DNA of 64,000 nucleotides from Rhizodiscina lignyota (Eukaryota): NCBI GenBank assembly GCA_010015805.1, contig ML978126.1, positions 496,001 to 560,000 of the forward strand, read 5' to 3'. Shown piece by piece: positions 62,127 to 64,000 of this stretch (position 1 is its first letter; each line of letters starts with the position of its first letter). The notes under the pieces were generated by a model. It saw only the letters and a program-made list of their open reading frames with translations, ran no database searches and was not told where the DNA came from. The position numbers and the translations under genes were made by a program.

Positions 62127-62744
62127 CCGGCTTCGGCATGTAGAGATGACAGGTTTTACTCGCGCTGACAATCAATGATGAGAGAGTGGCCGCTTGATTG
62201 GAGGATGCGTTGCTACGATTATCCAGCTTTGCTATGGTGAACAGCAGATGTTGACCAGGGTCGAAGGTGGAGCAAAATATCGACACAGTTCGGTGTGGTA
62301 TCGCGTGCCACCGACATTGAATTTGAGAGTGACGCCACCTCATTGGCGCCACAATCGCGGAGGCTTGGCATCAGCAACGTCAAAGCTTCCCGCAACCAGC
62401 TAGCTGATAGATGTTTTCTTCGCATGCCCATCCTCGTGTAACTGTGTATTCTTGAATCTGTACATACAGCGTCCTCCCACCTCTCCTCCTTCTCACCTCT
62501 GATCTCAGCATCGCCCCAAAGTTTCCGCCGTAATCCTCGCCGATCCGAAAGCATCCTAACACTGCGTCCGGACCATCACGAGCTCATCTTGATAAGAACT
62601 TTGACGAAGCAAAACTCACCTGCGAAGCACATAATAACCCTTAAACCTCCTTCTGTCGCCTCCCTGCGTACACGGTGCGCTCGCGACGTCCCAACCCCAA
62701 GCTCTCAGCTCAATCGCATCGTCCGAGCTCGGAGCTTAGCCATC

Positions 62745-63519
62745 ATGGCCAAGTCGAATTCGTTTGCGACTTTCCTGATCATCGGCCGTAAGTCAAGCTC
62801 TATCTGTGAATTCCAATCTATATTGTCACTTGGGGATTCCGAGAGCCTTGCGCGTAGCACATTGTTGTCTGGTCGAAAGCGGCGCACCAGCTAATATATC
62901 AACAGCGACTTGCTTCTTCCTCGGCGTGCTCTTCATCCTCCTTCCCTACGATTACCATATCCTCTGGGCACCTCCATCACCGAATGCGCCTCCAGGGAAG
63001 ACGATGGAAGACTATTTCTTGCTGCAGGAGACTCATCTAAAGTTCCTACACGCCTCACCACCGCTCGTACCGCGGATACAGAACCTCATTGTCGGGGTTG
63101 GATTGCTCGGCTTCATCATCAAACTCTACAAGCCTAGCGAGGCGAACCTGCTCTTTGATGGCGCGAGTCTGGTTCTCTACATGGTTGGAATAACCGTGTA
63201 CATCGCAAACATTGTAAAGGGTCTACGCATGGTCACAGCGGGGGAGTATGGATCGATGGAGCTTGTTGAAGCCGAGGCAGTTGCTGGGAGTGGCCAAGTT
63301 GAGTTGGAAGGGACAGGTATAGGACGGGAGGACAGCTTGAGGGTACTCGCGGCGTCTAACACGATTCTGGCTCTCGTGCTGGTTGGTGTGTTGGTGCTAC
63401 AGGCTGGCCAGTGGTACGCCGAACGAAAAGAGGAAGACGAAATGGCGGAGATGGATCAGAAGGCGGCGGAGAAGAAGAGGACCGCAAGTTCAAGTGGATC
63501 GAGTAAGAAAAACAAGTGA
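62745..63519 (+). CDS. SHR3: ER membrane chaperone for amino-acid permeases (intron 62788..62905)
   Basis: SFATFLIIGPTCFFLG...PYDYHILW, KLYKPSEANLLFDGASLVLY, VLAASNTIL...LQAGQWYAE, C-terminal KKNK ER-retrieval motif. Confidence 0.93.
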
Positions 63520-64000
63520 AAGGTCTAGCATAAGCGTTAGGAATCGATGCTTTGAGCATGGCTGGAGTTTGGAGATTTCCTTTTTGGGGACTGAGTTCTG
63601 CTTGTTGCCTCCTTAATTGTCCTTTCTGGACCAGTACGGATTCGCGGCACTTGGAATTGCATTTCAACTATGCGTAACGTAACTATTCTGCCGATGTCAG
63701 CTGCGGACCTTGCAGGACGCGGTAGTTATGAGCTTGGTTCGATAGGCACTTTGTAATATCAAGGTGCACCAAACTCCACCAAGCTATTTCGAGGGGAAGA
63801 TGGTGGTTGCGTAGGACAGGGGTTGAGGAAGCTCCTGCTCAATTCGAACTCCACGTTGTGGAACGGTTCGATTGGGAGAACCCTCTCCTTAAACTTAATG
63901 AAACTATGCAACAAATTTCCCTACTACGTGCATCAGTCTGCGCACATTTCTGGGCTACCCGTGGTGAAGCTTGCGAAAGAAACTCTGTGAGCTTTCTGGT

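Overview
Gene-dense, intron-rich (GT-AG, CTRAY branch points, mostly ~45-60 nt introns) chromosomal segment of a filamentous ascomycete (Pezizomycotina; a Eurotiomycetes/black-yeast-like lineage is my impression, not proven). About 23 protein genes were reconstructed by hand. Most are housekeeping: enolase, RPT4, NAT9, ERG26-like, ERG12, an MCT-type MFS transporter, PXR1, an RRM-YTH protein, BEM46, PRE3, NmrA-like, IRC20/SHPRH, palF/RIM8, a GH31 alpha-glucosidase, hxB and SHR3. Two surface/secreted genes stand out: a GPI-anchored collagen-like protein and a six-cysteine NLP-like (type 3) protein. The best non-obvious signal is an apparent 219-bp TA-flanked MITE family with two collinear, ~2/3-identical copies in opposite orientation, each inside an abnormally long intron of two neighbouring genes. 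Also seen: an exact UaY (TCGG-N6-CCGA) site overlapped by two CGATAG GATA sites upstream of hxB, a long spliced AUG-free leader on the YTH gene, three perfect palindromes before IRC20, and a symmetric promoter module before the collagen gene. No rRNA, tRNA or CRISPR was found. Exon boundaries are manual predictions and novelty is unverified without database searches.
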